Source of the DNA: Burkholderiales bacterium
Lineage (GTDB): Bacteria > Pseudomonadota > Gammaproteobacteria > Burkholderiales > SG8-39
Length of the DNA: 55,394 nucleotides
Assembly (NCBI GenBank): GCA_035280025.1
Contig: DATEGT010000255.1
Span: 1 to 55,394 of the forward strand
Direction: 5' to 3'
Position numbers and translations under genes: made by a program. Positions 46,172 to 55,394 of this stretch are shown piece by piece. The notes under the pieces were generated by a model that saw nothing but the letters and a program-made list of their open reading frames with translations, was not told the origin of the DNA and did not search any database. Numbering within the stretch: position 1 is the first letter of the stretch; every line of letters starts with the position of its first letter.

Positions 46172-47146
46172 ATGCTCTCCCACGTCGCGCGACGCCTCGC
46201 CCAGAGCGTGCTCGTCCTCGCCCTGATGTCGCTTCTGGTGTTCGCCGGCGTCTACGCCGTCGGCAACCCGGTGGACATCCTCGTCAATCCCCAGGCCGAT
46301 CAGAGCGAGATCGCCCGCGTCACCGCGGCGCTCGGGCTCGACCGGCCGCTCGCCGAGCAGTACTTTTTCTTTCTCAAGGACGCCGCGACCGGGAACCTCG
46401 GCAAGTCGTTCGCCTACAACGTGCCCGCGATCGGATTAATCCTCGAGCGCATGCCGGCGACGCTCGAGCTCGCGACCGCGGCGATGCTGATCGCGCTCGT
46501 CCTCGGAATTCCCCTGGGCCTGTGGGCCGGCATCGCGCCGCGCTCGGCGGCGGCGAGGACGATCATGGCGGGATCCATCCTGGGGTTCTCGCTTCCCACG
46601 TTCTGGGTCGGCCTGCTCCTCATCCTGGTGTTCTCGGTATGGCTCGGCTGGCTGCCGACGTCCGGCCGAGGGCCGACGATCGACCTCGCCGGGATTCCGG
46701 TGAGCTTCCTCTCCACCGAGGGTCTGCGCCACCTCGCCCTGCCGGCGGCGAATCTGGCGCTCTTCAATCTCTCCCTGGTCGCCCGGCTGGTGCGCTCGGG
46801 AACCGCCGAGGCCATGCAGCAGGAGTACGTGCGCTTCGCCCGGTCCAAGGGGCTCACCGAGGGCCGCGTCGTCGTCGGCCACGTGCTCAGGAACGTGCTC
46901 GTTCCCGTGGTCGCCGTGAGCGGCGTCCAGTTCGGCTCGGTGATCGCTTTCGCCATCGTCACCGAGAGCATCTTCGCCTGGCCCGGCATGGGCAAGCTGC
47001 TCGTCGACTCGATCAACGTGCTCGACCGGCCGGTGATCGTCGGCTACCTTTGCATCGTCGTGACGCTGTTCGTCGCGATCAATCTCGCGGTCGACCTGCT
47101 GACTTCCTGGCTCGACCCCCGCGTCCGCCTGGAGGCCGGCAGGTGA
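46172..47146 (+). CDS. ABC transporter permease (DppB/OppB-like)
   Basis: MLSHVARRLAQSVLVLALMSLLVF..., EAA-type loop QEYVRFARSKGLTEGRVVVGHVLRN. 324 aa. Confidence 0.85.
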   Translation: MLSHVARRLAQSVLVLALMSLLVFAGVYAVGNPVDILVNPQADQSEIARVTAALGLDRPLAEQYFFFLKDAATGNLGKSFAYNVPAIGLILERMPATLELATAAMLIALVLGIPLGLWAGIAPRSAAARTIMAGSILGFSLPTFWVGLLLILVFSVWLGWLPTSGRGPTIDLAGIPVSFLSTEGLRHLALPAANLALFNLSLVARLVRSGTAEAMQQEYVRFARSKGLTEGRVVVGHVLRNVLVPVVAVSGVQFGSVIAFAIVTESIFAWPGMGKLLVDSINVLDRPVIVGYLCIVVTLFVAINLAVDLLTSWLDPRVRLEAGR

Positions 47147-48015
47147 CGCCCGCGCGGCGCATCGCCGGCGATTTCGCGGCGAGCCGCACCGCTCTCGCGG
47201 GCGCAGCGATCCTCGCGCTGCTCGTGCTTGCCGCGATCCTGGCGCCCTGGATCTCGCCCCAGGATCCCTACGACCTCGCCCAGCTGCAGCTCGTCGACTC
47301 GCGCCTGCCGCCCCTCTCGCACTCGAGCTCCGATGCCATGCGCTGGCTGGGAACGGACGATCAGGGACGCGACATGCTCTCGGCGATCCTGTACGGGCTG
47401 CGCACCAGCCTCGTCGCGGGCTTCGCCAGCACCGCGCTCGCGTTTACCCTCGGCGTGAGCCTCGGGCTCGCCGCCGCCTGGTTCGGCGGCTGGGTCGATG
47501 CGCTCATCATGCGCCTCGCCGACCTGCAGCTCTCCTTCCCCTCGATCCTGATCGCGCTGGTCCTGCTCGCCCTGCTCGGGCAAGGGCTGGAAAAGATCGT
47601 CGCCGCTCTCGTCGCCGTGCAATGGGCGTACTACGCCCGCGCGGCGTACGCCGCGGCGCGCGTCGAGCGCCGCAGGGAATACATCGAGGCCGCAGTCGCC
47701 CTCGCCCTTTCCGACGCGCGCATCGTCTTCCGCCATCTGCTCCCCAACTGCCTTCCTCCGCTCCTCGTGATCGCGGTGGTGCAGGTGGCCGCGGCGGTCA
47801 CGCTCGAGGCCACGCTGTCCTTCCTCGGCCTCGGCCTCCCGATCACGCAGCCTTCGCTAGGCCTCCTGATCGCGAACGGCTTCAACTACCTGCTCTCGGG
47901 ACGCTACTGGATCAGCTTCTTTCCCGGCGTCGCGCTGCTGCTCGTGATCGTCGCCATCAACCTGGTCGCGGACCGGCTGCGCGAAATCCTCGATCCGCGC
48001 GAGCGGCGTCGCTGA
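47143..48015 (+). CDS. ABC transporter permease (DppC/OppC-like)
   Basis: GTG 47143 overlaps the upstream stop by 4 nt. WLGTDDQGRDMLSAILYG and REYIEAAVALALSDARIVFRHLLPN. The track start at 46522 lies inside the previous gene in another frame. Confidence 0.85.
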   Translation: MTPARRIAGDFAASRTALAGAAILALLVLAAILAPWISPQDPYDLAQLQLVDSRLPPLSHSSSDAMRWLGTDDQGRDMLSAILYGLRTSLVAGFASTALAFTLGVSLGLAAAWFGGWVDALIMRLADLQLSFPSILIALVLLALLGQGLEKIVAALVAVQWAYYARAAYAAARVERRREYIEAAVALALSDARIVFRHLLPNCLPPLLVIAVVQVAAAVTLEATLSFLGLGLPITQPSLGLLIANGFNYLLSGRYWISFFPGVALLLVIVAINLVADRLREILDPRERRR

Positions 48016-48049
48016 ACCCTTATACTGTCCACCCAACAGAGGAGGAGCC

Positions 48050-49033
48050 ATGAACGCAAGAATCGCCGCCGTGATGCTGGTTTTCGCCGCCGCCGCCGCA
48101 TTCGCGCAGGAGCCCAGGCGGCTCGAGGTGATCGCCTTCGGCGGCGGGGGCAACTGGCCCGTCTGGGCCGCGCAGGAAAAGGGGCTGTTCGCGAAAAACG
48201 GGATCGCCGTCAACCTGTCGTTCACGCCGAACTCGGTGGAGCAGATCCGCAACCTGATGTCCGGCAAGTACGATCTCGGCACCACCGCTTACGACAACGT
48301 CGTCGCCTACCAGGAGGGACAGGGCGAAACCGAGCTCCCCGTGCAGCCGGACCTCTTTGCCTTCATGGGCGGCTACTCGGGCTCGCTGCGCTTCGTCACC
48401 TCCCCCGACATCAAGACCTACGCGGCGCTGAAAGGGAAGACCGTCGGCGTCGACGCCGCGACCACCGGCTTCGCGTTCATTCTCTATAAGCTGGCCGCGA
48501 TGAACGGCCTGACGATGGCGGACTACAAGGTGGAGAAGCTCGGCGGCACGCCCGCGCGCGTCCAGGCGCTCATGGAGGGCCGGATCGCCGGCACCATGGT
48601 CAGCTCGCCTTCGGAACTCCTCCCCGAATCGAAGGGCTACACCCGCCTAGGCGACACCACCGCGACGTTCGGGGCATACCAGGCGTCGGTCGGCGTCGCC
48701 CGCCGCTCCTGGGCGGCGCAGCATTCCCGCGAGCTCGTCGCCTTCATCCGCTCCTACGTCGCCGCGATGGACTGGCTGCAGGATCCCGCCAACAAGGGCG
48801 AAGCGGTCGCCATCTACATGAAGCACATCCCGGCGGCCCCGAGGCCCGCGGCGCAGAAGGCCTACGAGACGATGTTCGCCGCGAACGAGGGCTTCCAGAA
48901 GAAAGCGAAGCTCGATCTCGAGGGCTGCCGTACGGTGCTGAAGCTCCGCAGCGAGTTCGCGAAGCCGCAGAAGCATCTCGCCGACCCGTCGAAGTACATC
49001 GACGAGAGCTACTACGCGGCGGCGGTGCGCTAG
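48050..49033 (+). CDS. NMT1/THI5-like (SsuA/TauA-type) ABC substrate-binding protein
   Basis: Signal peptide MNARIAAVMLVFAAAAAFAQ, then GGGGNWPVWAAQEKGLFAKNGI and LKGKTVGVDAATTGFAFILYKL. 327 aa. Confidence 0.7.
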   Translation: MNARIAAVMLVFAAAAAFAQEPRRLEVIAFGGGGNWPVWAAQEKGLFAKNGIAVNLSFTPNSVEQIRNLMSGKYDLGTTAYDNVVAYQEGQGETELPVQPDLFAFMGGYSGSLRFVTSPDIKTYAALKGKTVGVDAATTGFAFILYKLAAMNGLTMADYKVEKLGGTPARVQALMEGRIAGTMVSSPSELLPESKGYTRLGDTTATFGAYQASVGVARRSWAAQHSRELVAFIRSYVAAMDWLQDPANKGEAVAIYMKHIPAAPRPAAQKAYETMFAANEGFQKKAKLDLEGCRTVLKLRSEFAKPQKHLADPSKYIDESYYAAAVR

Positions 49034-49037
49034 GGCT

Positions 49038-50039
49038 TCACTCGTACAGGCCGGGGTGCGCCTTGCCGCGGAACACGCGGTAGGCATAGGCGGTGTACGC
49101 GACGAGGAAAGGGAGCACGATCGCCACGCCGGCGAGCATGAATCCGAGCGCCGAAGGGTGCGCCGCCGCCTCCCAGATGGTCATGCGGTCGATCACGATG
49201 AAGGGGAACAGGCTGTAGGCGAGACCCGCGAACGCGAGCGCGAAGATCGCCACCGCGGCGGCGAACGGCACCCAGTCGCGCTGCGGTTCTCCGCGCTTGA
49301 GACGCCCGGTGCTCGACCATACCACCCATCCCGATACGAGCGTTGCGAGCGGCAGCAGCATCAGCGCCAGGGTGCGCGGGCTCGGAAAATCCCCGAACCA
49401 CTTGGTCTGCACGGTCTCGCTCGCGAACGGCGTGGCGAGGCTCACCAAGGCGACCGCGAGCGCGACCCAGGCGAGCCCCCAGCGCGCCCAGCCGAGGGCC
49501 TTGCCCTGGAGGACTCCCTGAGTCTTGAGGATCAGCCAGGTCGCGCCGAGCAGCACGTAGCCGCCGCACAGGCTCGCTCCCACCAGGAGCGCGAACACCG
49601 TGTAGCCGAAGCCCGAATGGAAGCCGGTGATGTAGCGTCCGAGCATGAAGCCTTGCGCGAACGAGGCGAGGAAGGAGCCGAACCAGAACAGCCCGTTCCA
49701 CAGTTCCCGGTGCCAGCCTTGGGCCTTGATGCGGAATTCGAACGCGACGCCGCGGAACATGAGCCCGATCAGCATCCAGGCGACCGGAAGGTAGAGCGCG
49801 CCCAGCACGATGCCGTGCGCGATGGGGAAAGCGACGAGCATGATGCCCACGCCGAGCACGAGCCAAGTCTCGTTGGCGTCCCAGAACGGGCCGATCGAGG
49901 CCACCATCAGGTCCTGCTCGCGCGCGTCGGCCGCGGGCATGAGCATGCCTACTCCGAGGTCGTAGCCGTCGAGCACCACGTACATCAGCATCGCCAGTCC
50001 CATCAGGGCGGCGAAAGCGAGCGGAAGGTCGAGACTCAT
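49038..50039 (-). CDS. cydB: cytochrome bd-type ubiquinol oxidase subunit II
   Basis: ATG 50037-50039 gives [33 protein letters not shown]...IGPFWDANETWLV. 333 aa. The 643-aa track ORF is over-extended through cydA in another frame. Confidence 0.85.
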   Translation of the reverse strand: MSLDLPLAFAALMGLAMLMYVVLDGYDLGVGMLMPAADAREQDLMVASIGPFWDANETWLVLGVGIMLVAFPIAHGIVLGALYLPVAWMLIGLMFRGVAFEFRIKAQGWHRELWNGLFWFGSFLASFAQGFMLGRYITGFHSGFGYTVFALLVGASLCGGYVLLGATWLILKTQGVLQGKALGWARWGLAWVALAVALVSLATPFASETVQTKWFGDFPSPRTLALMLLPLATLVSGWVVWSSTGRLKRGEPQRDWVPFAAAVAIFALAFAGLAYSLFPFIVIDRMTIWEAAAHPSALGFMLAGVAIVLPFLVAYTAYAYRVFRGKAHPGLYE

Positions 50040-51343
50040 GCCTGGACCCCCTTGCCCGCGAGGTGGGTGAGCACGACCATGTAGGCGAGGAACATCGCTG
50101 TATACGTGATCACGTAGGCGGTCAGGCTCGCGCCGACCTGCGCGCCCGAGGCCGGACCCGCCGCGTCGGAGGTCCTGAGGATCCCCGTGACGAGCCAAGG
50201 CTGCCTGCCGATCTCGGTCACCAGCCAGCCGCACAGCGTCGCGAGCCATCCCGAGAAGGTGAAGGCCGACAGCGTCCACAGCATCCGGCGCGACGGAAGG
50301 CGCCTGCCGCGCGTCGCCCAGGCGCCGCACCAGGCGACGGCGAGCATCAGCACCCCGATCCCCACCATCGCGCGGAACGCGAAGAACACCGGAGCGACCG
50401 GCGCGACGTCGGGCCAGAGCGCGTCGACGCCCTTCAGCTCGGCGTCGGCGTCGTGCCTGAGCAGCAGGCTCGCCGCCTTCGGTATCTCGACGGCGAAGTC
50501 GTTCCGGCGCCTGTCCTCGTCGGGAATCGCGAAGAGGACGAGCGGCACGCTTTTCTCCGTCTTCCAGATCGCCTCGATCGCGGCGATCTTCGCCGGCTGG
50601 TGCTCGAGCGTATTCAGGCCGTGCTGGTCGCCGACGAAGGCCTGGACCGGCGCGAGCAGCGCGGCGAGCACGAGCCCGGTGCGCAGGGTCGCCCGCGCCG
50701 AGGCGTCCTCCGGCGAGCGCAGCAGCCGCCAGGCGGAAAGACCCGCCAGGACGAAGGACGCGGTGAGCCCGGAGGCGAGCAGCATGTGCGTGAAGCGGAA
50801 CGGGAACGAGGGATTGAACAGCACCTGCCACCAGTCCCCGGCGATGATCTGGCCGCCCTGCACGACCTGTCCCGCGGGCGTCTGCATCCACGAATTGAGC
50901 GCGAGGATCCAGAACGCCGAGGTGGTCGTGCCGATCGCGACCATGGCGGCGGAGAAGACGTGCACCCATCCCGGGACGCGGTTCATGCCGAAGAGCATGA
51001 TGCCCAGGAAGGTCGCCTCCAGGAAGAACGCGGTCAGCACCTCGTAGGCGAGCAGCGGGCCGGCGATGTTGCCGACCTTGAGCATGAACCCCGGCCAGTT
51101 GGTTCCGAACTGGAACGACATCGTGATGCCCGTCACCACGCCCATCGCGAAAGTCAGGGCGAAGATTTTGGTCCAGAGCTTGTAGGTGGCGAGCCAGGCG
51201 GGGTCGCCCGAGCGCGCGTAGCGGATGCGGAAGTAGAGCAGTATCCAGGCGAGCGCGATGGTCAGCGTCGGGAACAGGATGTGGAACCCGATGTTCAGGC
51301 CGAACTGCGCGCGTGCGAGGAGCAGGACCTCCGGGGTGTCCAT
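50036..51343 (-). CDS. cydA: cytochrome bd-type ubiquinol oxidase subunit I (short Q-loop, CioA-like length)
   Basis: ATG 51341-51343 gives [29 protein letters not shown].... Also [24 protein letters not shown] and WMQTPAG. 435 aa. The stop overlaps the cydB start by 4 nt. Confidence 0.9.
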   Translation of the reverse strand: MDTPEVLLLARAQFGLNIGFHILFPTLTIALAWILLYFRIRYARSGDPAWLATYKLWTKIFALTFAMGVVTGITMSFQFGTNWPGFMLKVGNIAGPLLAYEVLTAFFLEATFLGIMLFGMNRVPGWVHVFSAAMVAIGTTTSAFWILALNSWMQTPAGQVVQGGQIIAGDWWQVLFNPSFPFRFTHMLLASGLTASFVLAGLSAWRLLRSPEDASARATLRTGLVLAALLAPVQAFVGDQHGLNTLEHQPAKIAAIEAIWKTEKSVPLVLFAIPDEDRRRNDFAVEIPKAASLLLRHDADAELKGVDALWPDVAPVAPVFFAFRAMVGIGVLMLAVAWCGAWATRGRRLPSRRMLWTLSAFTFSGWLATLCGWLVTEIGRQPWLVTGILRTSDAAGPASGAQVGASLTAYVITYTAMFLAYMVVLTHLAGKGVQA

Positions 51344-51389
51344 GGGTGCACTATCATACGGAATCCCGCAGACCGCAACCGAACGAGAC

Positions 51390-53942
51390 GTGAACTCCCC
51401 CGAGCGCTCGGGCGGCGCCGACCTCGCCGCGCACACTCCCATGATGCAGCAGTACCTGCGCCTGAAGGCGCAATACCCGGACATCCTGCTGTTCTACCGC
51501 ATGGGGGACTTCTACGAGATGTTCTACGAGGACGCCGAGCGCGCCTCGAAGCTGCTCGACCTCACGCTCACCACGCGCGGCGCCTCCGCCGGCGCGCCGA
51601 TCAAGATGGCGGGGGTGCCGTATCACGCGGTGGATCAGTATCTCGCCAAGCTGGTGCGCCTCGGCGAGTCGGTGGCGATCTGCGAGCAGATCGGCGACCC
51701 GGCGACATCGAAGGGCCCCGTCGACCGCCAGGTCACCCGCATCGTCACGCCGGGCACGCTGACCGACTCGGAGCTGCTCGAGGAGAAAGCCGACAACATC
51801 CTGCTCGCGATCGCGAGAACGAAGGGCGCGGTGGGCCTCGCCTGGCTCAACCTCGCGAGCGGCGACCTGCGCGTCGTGGAGATCGCGCCTCAGCTCCTCG
51901 AGAACGAGCTGCGGCGCATCGAACCCGCGGAAATCCTCGCGGCGGAAGGCACGGAACTGAACGGCTTCGCAGTGACCCGCCTGCCCGAGTGGCATTTCGA
52001 TTTCGACGCAGGCCGGAAGATCCTCATAAAGCAGCTCGGCGCGGCGAGCCTCGCCGGCTACGGATGCGAGGACCTGGAGCCGGCGATCGCCGCCGCAGGC
52101 GCCCTGCTCGAGTACGCTGGGAAGACTCAAGGGCAGGCGCTGGCGCACGTCTCAGCGGTCGTCGCCGAGCGCGCGGGCGAGTACGTGCGCATGGACGCCG
52201 CGACCCGCCGCAACCTCGAGCTCACCGAGACGCTGCGCGGCGAGCTGGCGCCGACGCTGTTCTCGGTGCTGGACGAATGCGCGACCGGGATGGGCAGCCG
52301 CTTGCTTCGCCACTGGCTGCATCATCCCTTGAGGGATCAGGCGGCGCTTGCGGCGCGACACGACGCCGTGGCCGCGCTCGCCGAGGCGCATCCGAGCGTC
52401 CACAAGCTGCTGCGGCGCTTCGCCGATGTCGAGCGCATCACCGGGCGCGTCGCGCTCCGGAACGCGCGCCCGCGCGATCTGTCCTCGTTGCGCGACAGCC
52501 TCGCGCTGCTTCCCGAGCTCGCTCCGGGGGTTCCTCGCGGCGCGACTTTGCTCTCGAAGCTGCTGGACGATCTCGACGTTCCCGGGGAGAGCCTCGCCCT
52601 TCTCCGCCGCGCGGTGATGGAGGACCCGTCTGCGATGGTGAGGGACGGCGGCGTGATCGCCGGGGGATACAACCCGGAGCTGGACGAGCTGCGCGCGCTG
52701 CAGACCGACTCCGGAGCGTTCCTCGCGGAGCTCGAGGCCCGCGAGCGCGCGCGCACGGGCATACCCAACCTGCGCGTCGCGTACAACAACGTTCACGGCT
52801 TCTACATCGAGATCACCAACGCGCACGCCGGCAAGACTCCCGCCGACTACCGCCGCCGCCAGACTCTGAAGAACGCCGAGCGCTACATCACGCCCGAGCT
52901 CAAGGCTTTCGAGGACAAGGCGCTGTCGGCGCGCGATCGCGCGCTCGCGCTGGAGAAAACGCTCTACGACGAGCTGCTGGCCTCGCTCGCGGCGCACGTC
53001 CCGGCGCTGCAGCGCGTCGCGCGGGCGCTGGCGCAGCTCGACCTCCTCGCCTGCTTCGCCGCGACGGCGCACAGGCGCGGCTATTGCCGTCCCGAGTTCA
53101 CCGGCGATATCGCGGTCGAGATCGAATCCGGGCGGCATCCGGTGGTCGAGGCCCAGATCGAGCAGTTCGTCCCCAACGGCGTTCGCCTCTCGCCCGCGCG
53201 CCAGCTGCTGCTCGTGACCGGCCCGAACATGGGAGGCAAGTCGACCTACATGCGCCAGGCCGCGCTGATCGTGCTCATGGCGCACGTCGGCGCCTTCGTT
53301 CCCGCGAAGGCGGCTCGCCTCGGGCCGATCGACCAGGTGTTCACGCGCGTCGGCGCGGCCGACGATCTCGCCGGAGGGCGCTCGACCTTCATGGTCGAGA
53401 TGACCGAATCGGCGAACATCCTGCACAACGCGACCGAGCGGAGCCTCGTCCTCATGGACGAGGTCGGGCGCGGCACCTCCACCTTCGACGGCCTCGCGCT
53501 CGCCTGGGCCATCGCGCGGCAGCTCCTCGAGAAGAACCGCGCGCTCACGCTCTTCGCCACGCACTACTTCGAGCTGACCCGGCTCGCGCTCGAGTACAAA
53601 CAGGCCGCGAACGTGCACCTCGACGCGGTCGAGCACAAAGACACGATCGTGTTCCTGCACGCGGTCGAGGAAGGCCCTGCGTCGCAGAGCTACGGACTGC
53701 AGGTCGCGCAGCTCGCCGGCGTGCCGAAGAGCGTCGTGCGCAACGCGCGCCGCTACCTGCAGATGCTCGAGGACGCGAGCCTGACGCGCGGCGGGCAAAA
53801 CGATCTATTCGCTGCGGGGAAAGCCGAGCCCGCGCCGGCGTCCGAGCCGGATGCGCTACGCGAGGCGCTCGACGCGGTCAGCCCGGACGAGCTTTCGCCG
53901 CGCGAGGCGCTGGAGCTGCTGTACCGCTTGAAGAAACTCTGA
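51390..53942 (+). CDS. mutS: DNA mismatch repair protein MutS
   Basis: GTG 51390 leaves 14 residues before [31 protein letters not shown] (E. coli has 11). Walker [14 protein letters not shown], also [15 protein letters not shown] 51441 (MMQQYL) is an alternative start. The track start at 51258 lies inside cydA and is rejected. Confidence 0.9.
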   Translation: MNSPERSGGADLAAHTPMMQQYLRLKAQYPDILLFYRMGDFYEMFYEDAERASKLLDLTLTTRGASAGAPIKMAGVPYHAVDQYLAKLVRLGESVAICEQIGDPATSKGPVDRQVTRIVTPGTLTDSELLEEKADNILLAIARTKGAVGLAWLNLASGDLRVVEIAPQLLENELRRIEPAEILAAEGTELNGFAVTRLPEWHFDFDAGRKILIKQLGAASLAGYGCEDLEPAIAAAGALLEYAGKTQGQALAHVSAVVAERAGEYVRMDAATRRNLELTETLRGELAPTLFSVLDECATGMGSRLLRHWLHHPLRDQAALAARHDAVAALAEAHPSVHKLLRRFADVERITGRVALRNARPRDLSSLRDSLALLPELAPGVPRGATLLSKLLDDLDVPGESLALLRRAVMEDPSAMVRDGGVIAGGYNPELDELRALQTDSGAFLAELEARERARTGIPNLRVAYNNVHGFYIEITNAHAGKTPADYRRRQTLKNAERYITPELKAFEDKALSARDRALALEKTLYDELLASLAAHVPALQRVARALAQLDLLACFAATAHRRGYCRPEFTGDIAVEIESGRHPVVEAQIEQFVPNGVRLSPARQLLLVTGPNMGGKSTYMRQAALIVLMAHVGAFVPAKAARLGPIDQVFTRVGAADDLAGGRSTFMVEMTESANILHNATERSLVLMDEVGRGTSTFDGLALAWAIARQLLEKNRALTLFATHYFELTRLALEYKQAANVHLDAVEHKDTIVFLHAVEEGPASQSYGLQVAQLAGVPKSVVRNARRYLQMLEDASLTRGGQNDLFAAGKAEPAPASEPDALREALDAVSPDELSPREALELLYRLKKL

Positions 53943-53952
53943 TCCGGGCACC

Positions 53953-54534
53953 CTAGTTGGTGCACCGGTCCGCGCAGAAGTCCTTGGTCCCGCCGTTGCC
54001 CAGACAATCGTCCACGCAAAGCGTGTCGGTTCTCGGCGGCGACCGAGGCCGGCGAGCCGGAGCCTCAGGCGACGGGGAAGGCTGCTCCTGCGTCGAGGCG
54101 CGGGAAATCACGAGCTTGTAGAGGTTGAGCGGCAGGCCGCGCGGCGATTTCGCGGGCTCGCCGGCCGGGGGCGGGACTTTCTCGACAAAATCGACTTTCC
54201 AGCCCTTCTCCTGGATCTGCCCGCGCGTGAGCGCGCCCAGGCCCGCGGTGCACTGGAACTTCTCGTCGTCGCTCGGGAACTCGTCGTAGTAGATCGCCGT
54301 GGTGCACGAGGCCGCTCTCGGCCCGGCGCCCGAAGCCGCGCCTGCCGCCGCCTCGTGCTGCTGGGACTGCTTCGCGAGCTCCGGGTCGTCGCGGATCTTC
54401 TTCCATTCTTCCCAGCTGTATTTCTTGCCGTCCACCCAGACCGAATCGCCCATCCGGAAGATAAACGCCGTCGCGGACGAGCTCGCAGCAAGGAGGCCGG
54501 CAGCCAATGCGAGCGTGAGACCGATTCGCTTCAA
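53953..54534 (-). CDS. secreted Cys-containing protein of unknown function
   Basis: TTG start at 54532-54534. Signal peptide KRIGLTLALAAGLLAASSSATA. The mature part contains 6 Cys, four of them in the C-terminal CVDDCLGNGGTKDFCADRC. Pro/Ser-rich linker. Confidence 0.5.
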   Translation of the reverse strand: MKRIGLTLALAAGLLAASSSATAFIFRMGDSVWVDGKKYSWEEWKKIRDDPELAKQSQQHEAAAGAASGAGPRAASCTTAIYYDEFPSDDEKFQCTAGLGALTRGQIQEKGWKVDFVEKVPPPAGEPAKSPRGLPLNLYKLVISRASTQEQPSPSPEAPARRPRSPPRTDTLCVDDCLGNGGTKDFCADRCTN

Positions 54535-54550
54535 GTTCGACCCCTGCGAA

Positions 54551-54581
54551 ACAAAAAGGCGGGCGCCTTGCGACGCCCGCC
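54551..54581 (-). terminator. intrinsic terminator (second of two) downstream of the porin gene
   Basis: The minus strand reads GGCGGGCG-TCGCAAGG-CGCCCGCC followed by TTTTTGTTT. Confidence 0.65.
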
Positions 54582-54591
54582 AAACCTACCA

Positions 54592-54619
54592 CGAAAACCG
54601 GAAGAGGAGACTTCTTCCG
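54592..54619 (-). terminator. terminator-like hairpin (first of two) downstream of the porin gene
   Basis: The minus strand reads CGGAAGA-AGTCTCC-TCTTCCG followed by GTTTTCG. It begins 7 nt after the porin stop. Confidence 0.45.
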
Positions 54620-54625
54620 TGCCTG

Positions 54626-55394
54626 CTAGAAAGAGTACATCCAGCCCACCGATACCGCCTGCAGCGTCTCGCCGGTGAAACAGAGGCCCGCGGCATCCTT
54701 GCAATCGGTGGTGATGCCGTGGCCGCTCGCGCCGAGGTCGAAGTGCCCTCCGGCCTTGTTCGCCTGGCGGGCGTACACCGCATACCAGTTGCTCTTCTTG
54801 TCGAAATGATGCTTGTAGCCGAGCGAGTACATGTTGGACGCGTTGTCGACCGACCCGGGGGCGGTGGTTACCCCGCTGTCCCCGCCCCCGGGCTGTCCCG
54901 GGGTCTTTCCGGCATGCGCCCATCCGAGGTTCACCTCGTCCTTATCCCCGACCTTCTGCGTCAATGCGAGCCACGAGCCGTTGCGCTGCCGCTCGTTGAA
55001 GTCCGCATTGGGAGCGTGACGGGTCAGCCTCTCTAGAACCAAATTGACCACGGTGTTGGTCGGGAACATGTACTGGACCCCAACCTTCATTGCCGCTTCG
55101 TCCCCGACACCGACCTCCGTGACATTGTCGCCGGTGCGGTTGACCTGCCGGTGCAACTCGTACGCTAAGGTTCCGTAGAGAGGACCGGTCTGATACACGC
55201 CGGCCACGCTGTAGGCGTTACCGAAAGAGCCGTCACCGCAGGGACCGGGGAAACCGTCCTTGGTTATTCCTCCCCCTCCTCCCGTGCAATCCGGCTCGCC
55301 GCTGGCATTGATGCTGTTGTCCTCCGAGCGGTTCTGTCCGGGAGACCAGAGCGCGCTGAACGAGGCTCCGCCCCATTTCGGCGATTCGTACCAC
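54626..55394 (-). CDS. general porin (Gram-negative porin, Porin_4-type); the 5-prime end runs off the right edge
   Basis: C-terminus ...ETLQAVSVGWMYSF (terminal Phe). I translated upstream of the track start (an internal GTG at 55205-55207) and the frame stays open to nt 55393: WYESPKWGGASFSALWSPGQNRSEDN...GNAYSVAGVYQTGPLYGTLAYELH. So the gene is truncated by the window. Confidence 0.8.
   Translation of the reverse strand, partial: WYESPKWGGASFSALWSPGQNRSEDNSINASGEPDCTGGGGGITKDGFPGPCGDGSFGNAYSVAGVYQTGPLYGTLAYELHRQVNRTGDNVTEVGVGDEAAMKVGVQYMFPTNTVVNLVLERLTRHAPNADFNERQRNGSWLALTQKVGDKDEVNLGWAHAGKTPGQPGGGDSGVTTAPGSVDNASNMYSLGYKHHFDKKSNWYAVYARQANKAGGHFDLGASGHGITTDCKDAAGLCFTGETLQAVSVGWMYSF

Noticed and set aside
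51342-51389. ATG at 51342 as the mutS start
   Set aside because: This ATG is part of the palindromic CATG shared with the cydA start, so the two divergent genes would overlap. The 16 extra residues have no counterpart in MutS N-termini. GTG 51390 fits the homologue length.
50063-53956. A 1297-aa plus-strand ORF, the longest in the track
   Set aside because: It runs antisense through cydA and then off-frame through mutS. The translation is dominated by Arg, Gly, Ala and Pro (for example [14 protein letters not shown]). The true MutS frame carries all the family motifs.
1-55394. Frequent GCGATCGC/CGCGATCGCG palindromes (for example 31042-31053), considered as HIP1-like or REP-like dispersed repeats
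   Set aside because: Most copies lie inside genes. There they simply encode Ala-Ile-Ala or Arg-Asp-Arg in a GC-rich codon background. They share no flanking sequence and show no intergenic enrichment that I could see by eye.
1-55394. A search for mobile elements, genomic-island boundaries, tRNA or rRNA genes and defence systems
   Set aside because: I found no integrase, transposase, recombinase, phage, restriction-modification, toxin-antitoxin or nuclease-helicase defence-like ORF in any frame. No intergenic region longer than 75 nt shows a tRNA-like T-arm (GGTTCGAATCC-type). Apart from the dienelactone-hydrolase remnant, the segment looks like conserved core chromosome.

Overview
A 55.4 kb, high-GC, gene-dense chromosomal segment. 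From gene content I infer a Betaproteobacterium, probably Burkholderiales-like. The clues are two Bug/TctC-type solute-binding proteins, the order trmJ-cysE-iscR-iscSUA-hscBA-fdx-iscX with suhB divergent, ompR-envZ, and a porin ending in YSF. I support about 58 protein-coding genes, two of them cut by the window edges and therefore missing from the ORF track. I also call one decayed pseudogene, three intrinsic terminators and two promoter/operator regions. I found no rRNA, tRNA, CRISPR array, integrase, transposase or phage gene. Most of the window is housekeeping: radA, alr, mfd, mutS, ispDF, tsaB-rimI-udg, serB, the isc operon, cydAB and suhB. The ORF track takes the longest ATG/GTG/TTG-initiated frame, so many of its starts are over-extended, and it lists very long off-frame or antisense ORFs (up to 1297 aa) that are high-GC artefacts. 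I re-placed starts using N-terminal homology, signal peptides and Shine-Dalgarno sequences. No single striking new system is evident. The best candidates for undescribed biology are: (1) a stand-alone sulfotransferase with its own APS kinase and no obvious acceptor; (2) an isolated, translationally coupled pair of proteins with no recognisable domains; (3) a secreted NHL/PAL-like propeller followed by a HupE/UreJ-type membrane protein, behind an unusual AT-rich repeat-bearing leader; (4) a Bug-SBP/BKACE/tartrate-dehydrogenase-like module; (5) a signal-less ModA-like protein next to a MOSC protein; (6) a DUF2846-like/beta-barrel fusion protein. All family names come from motifs I read in the translations and from memory of those families. 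No database search or computation was run.
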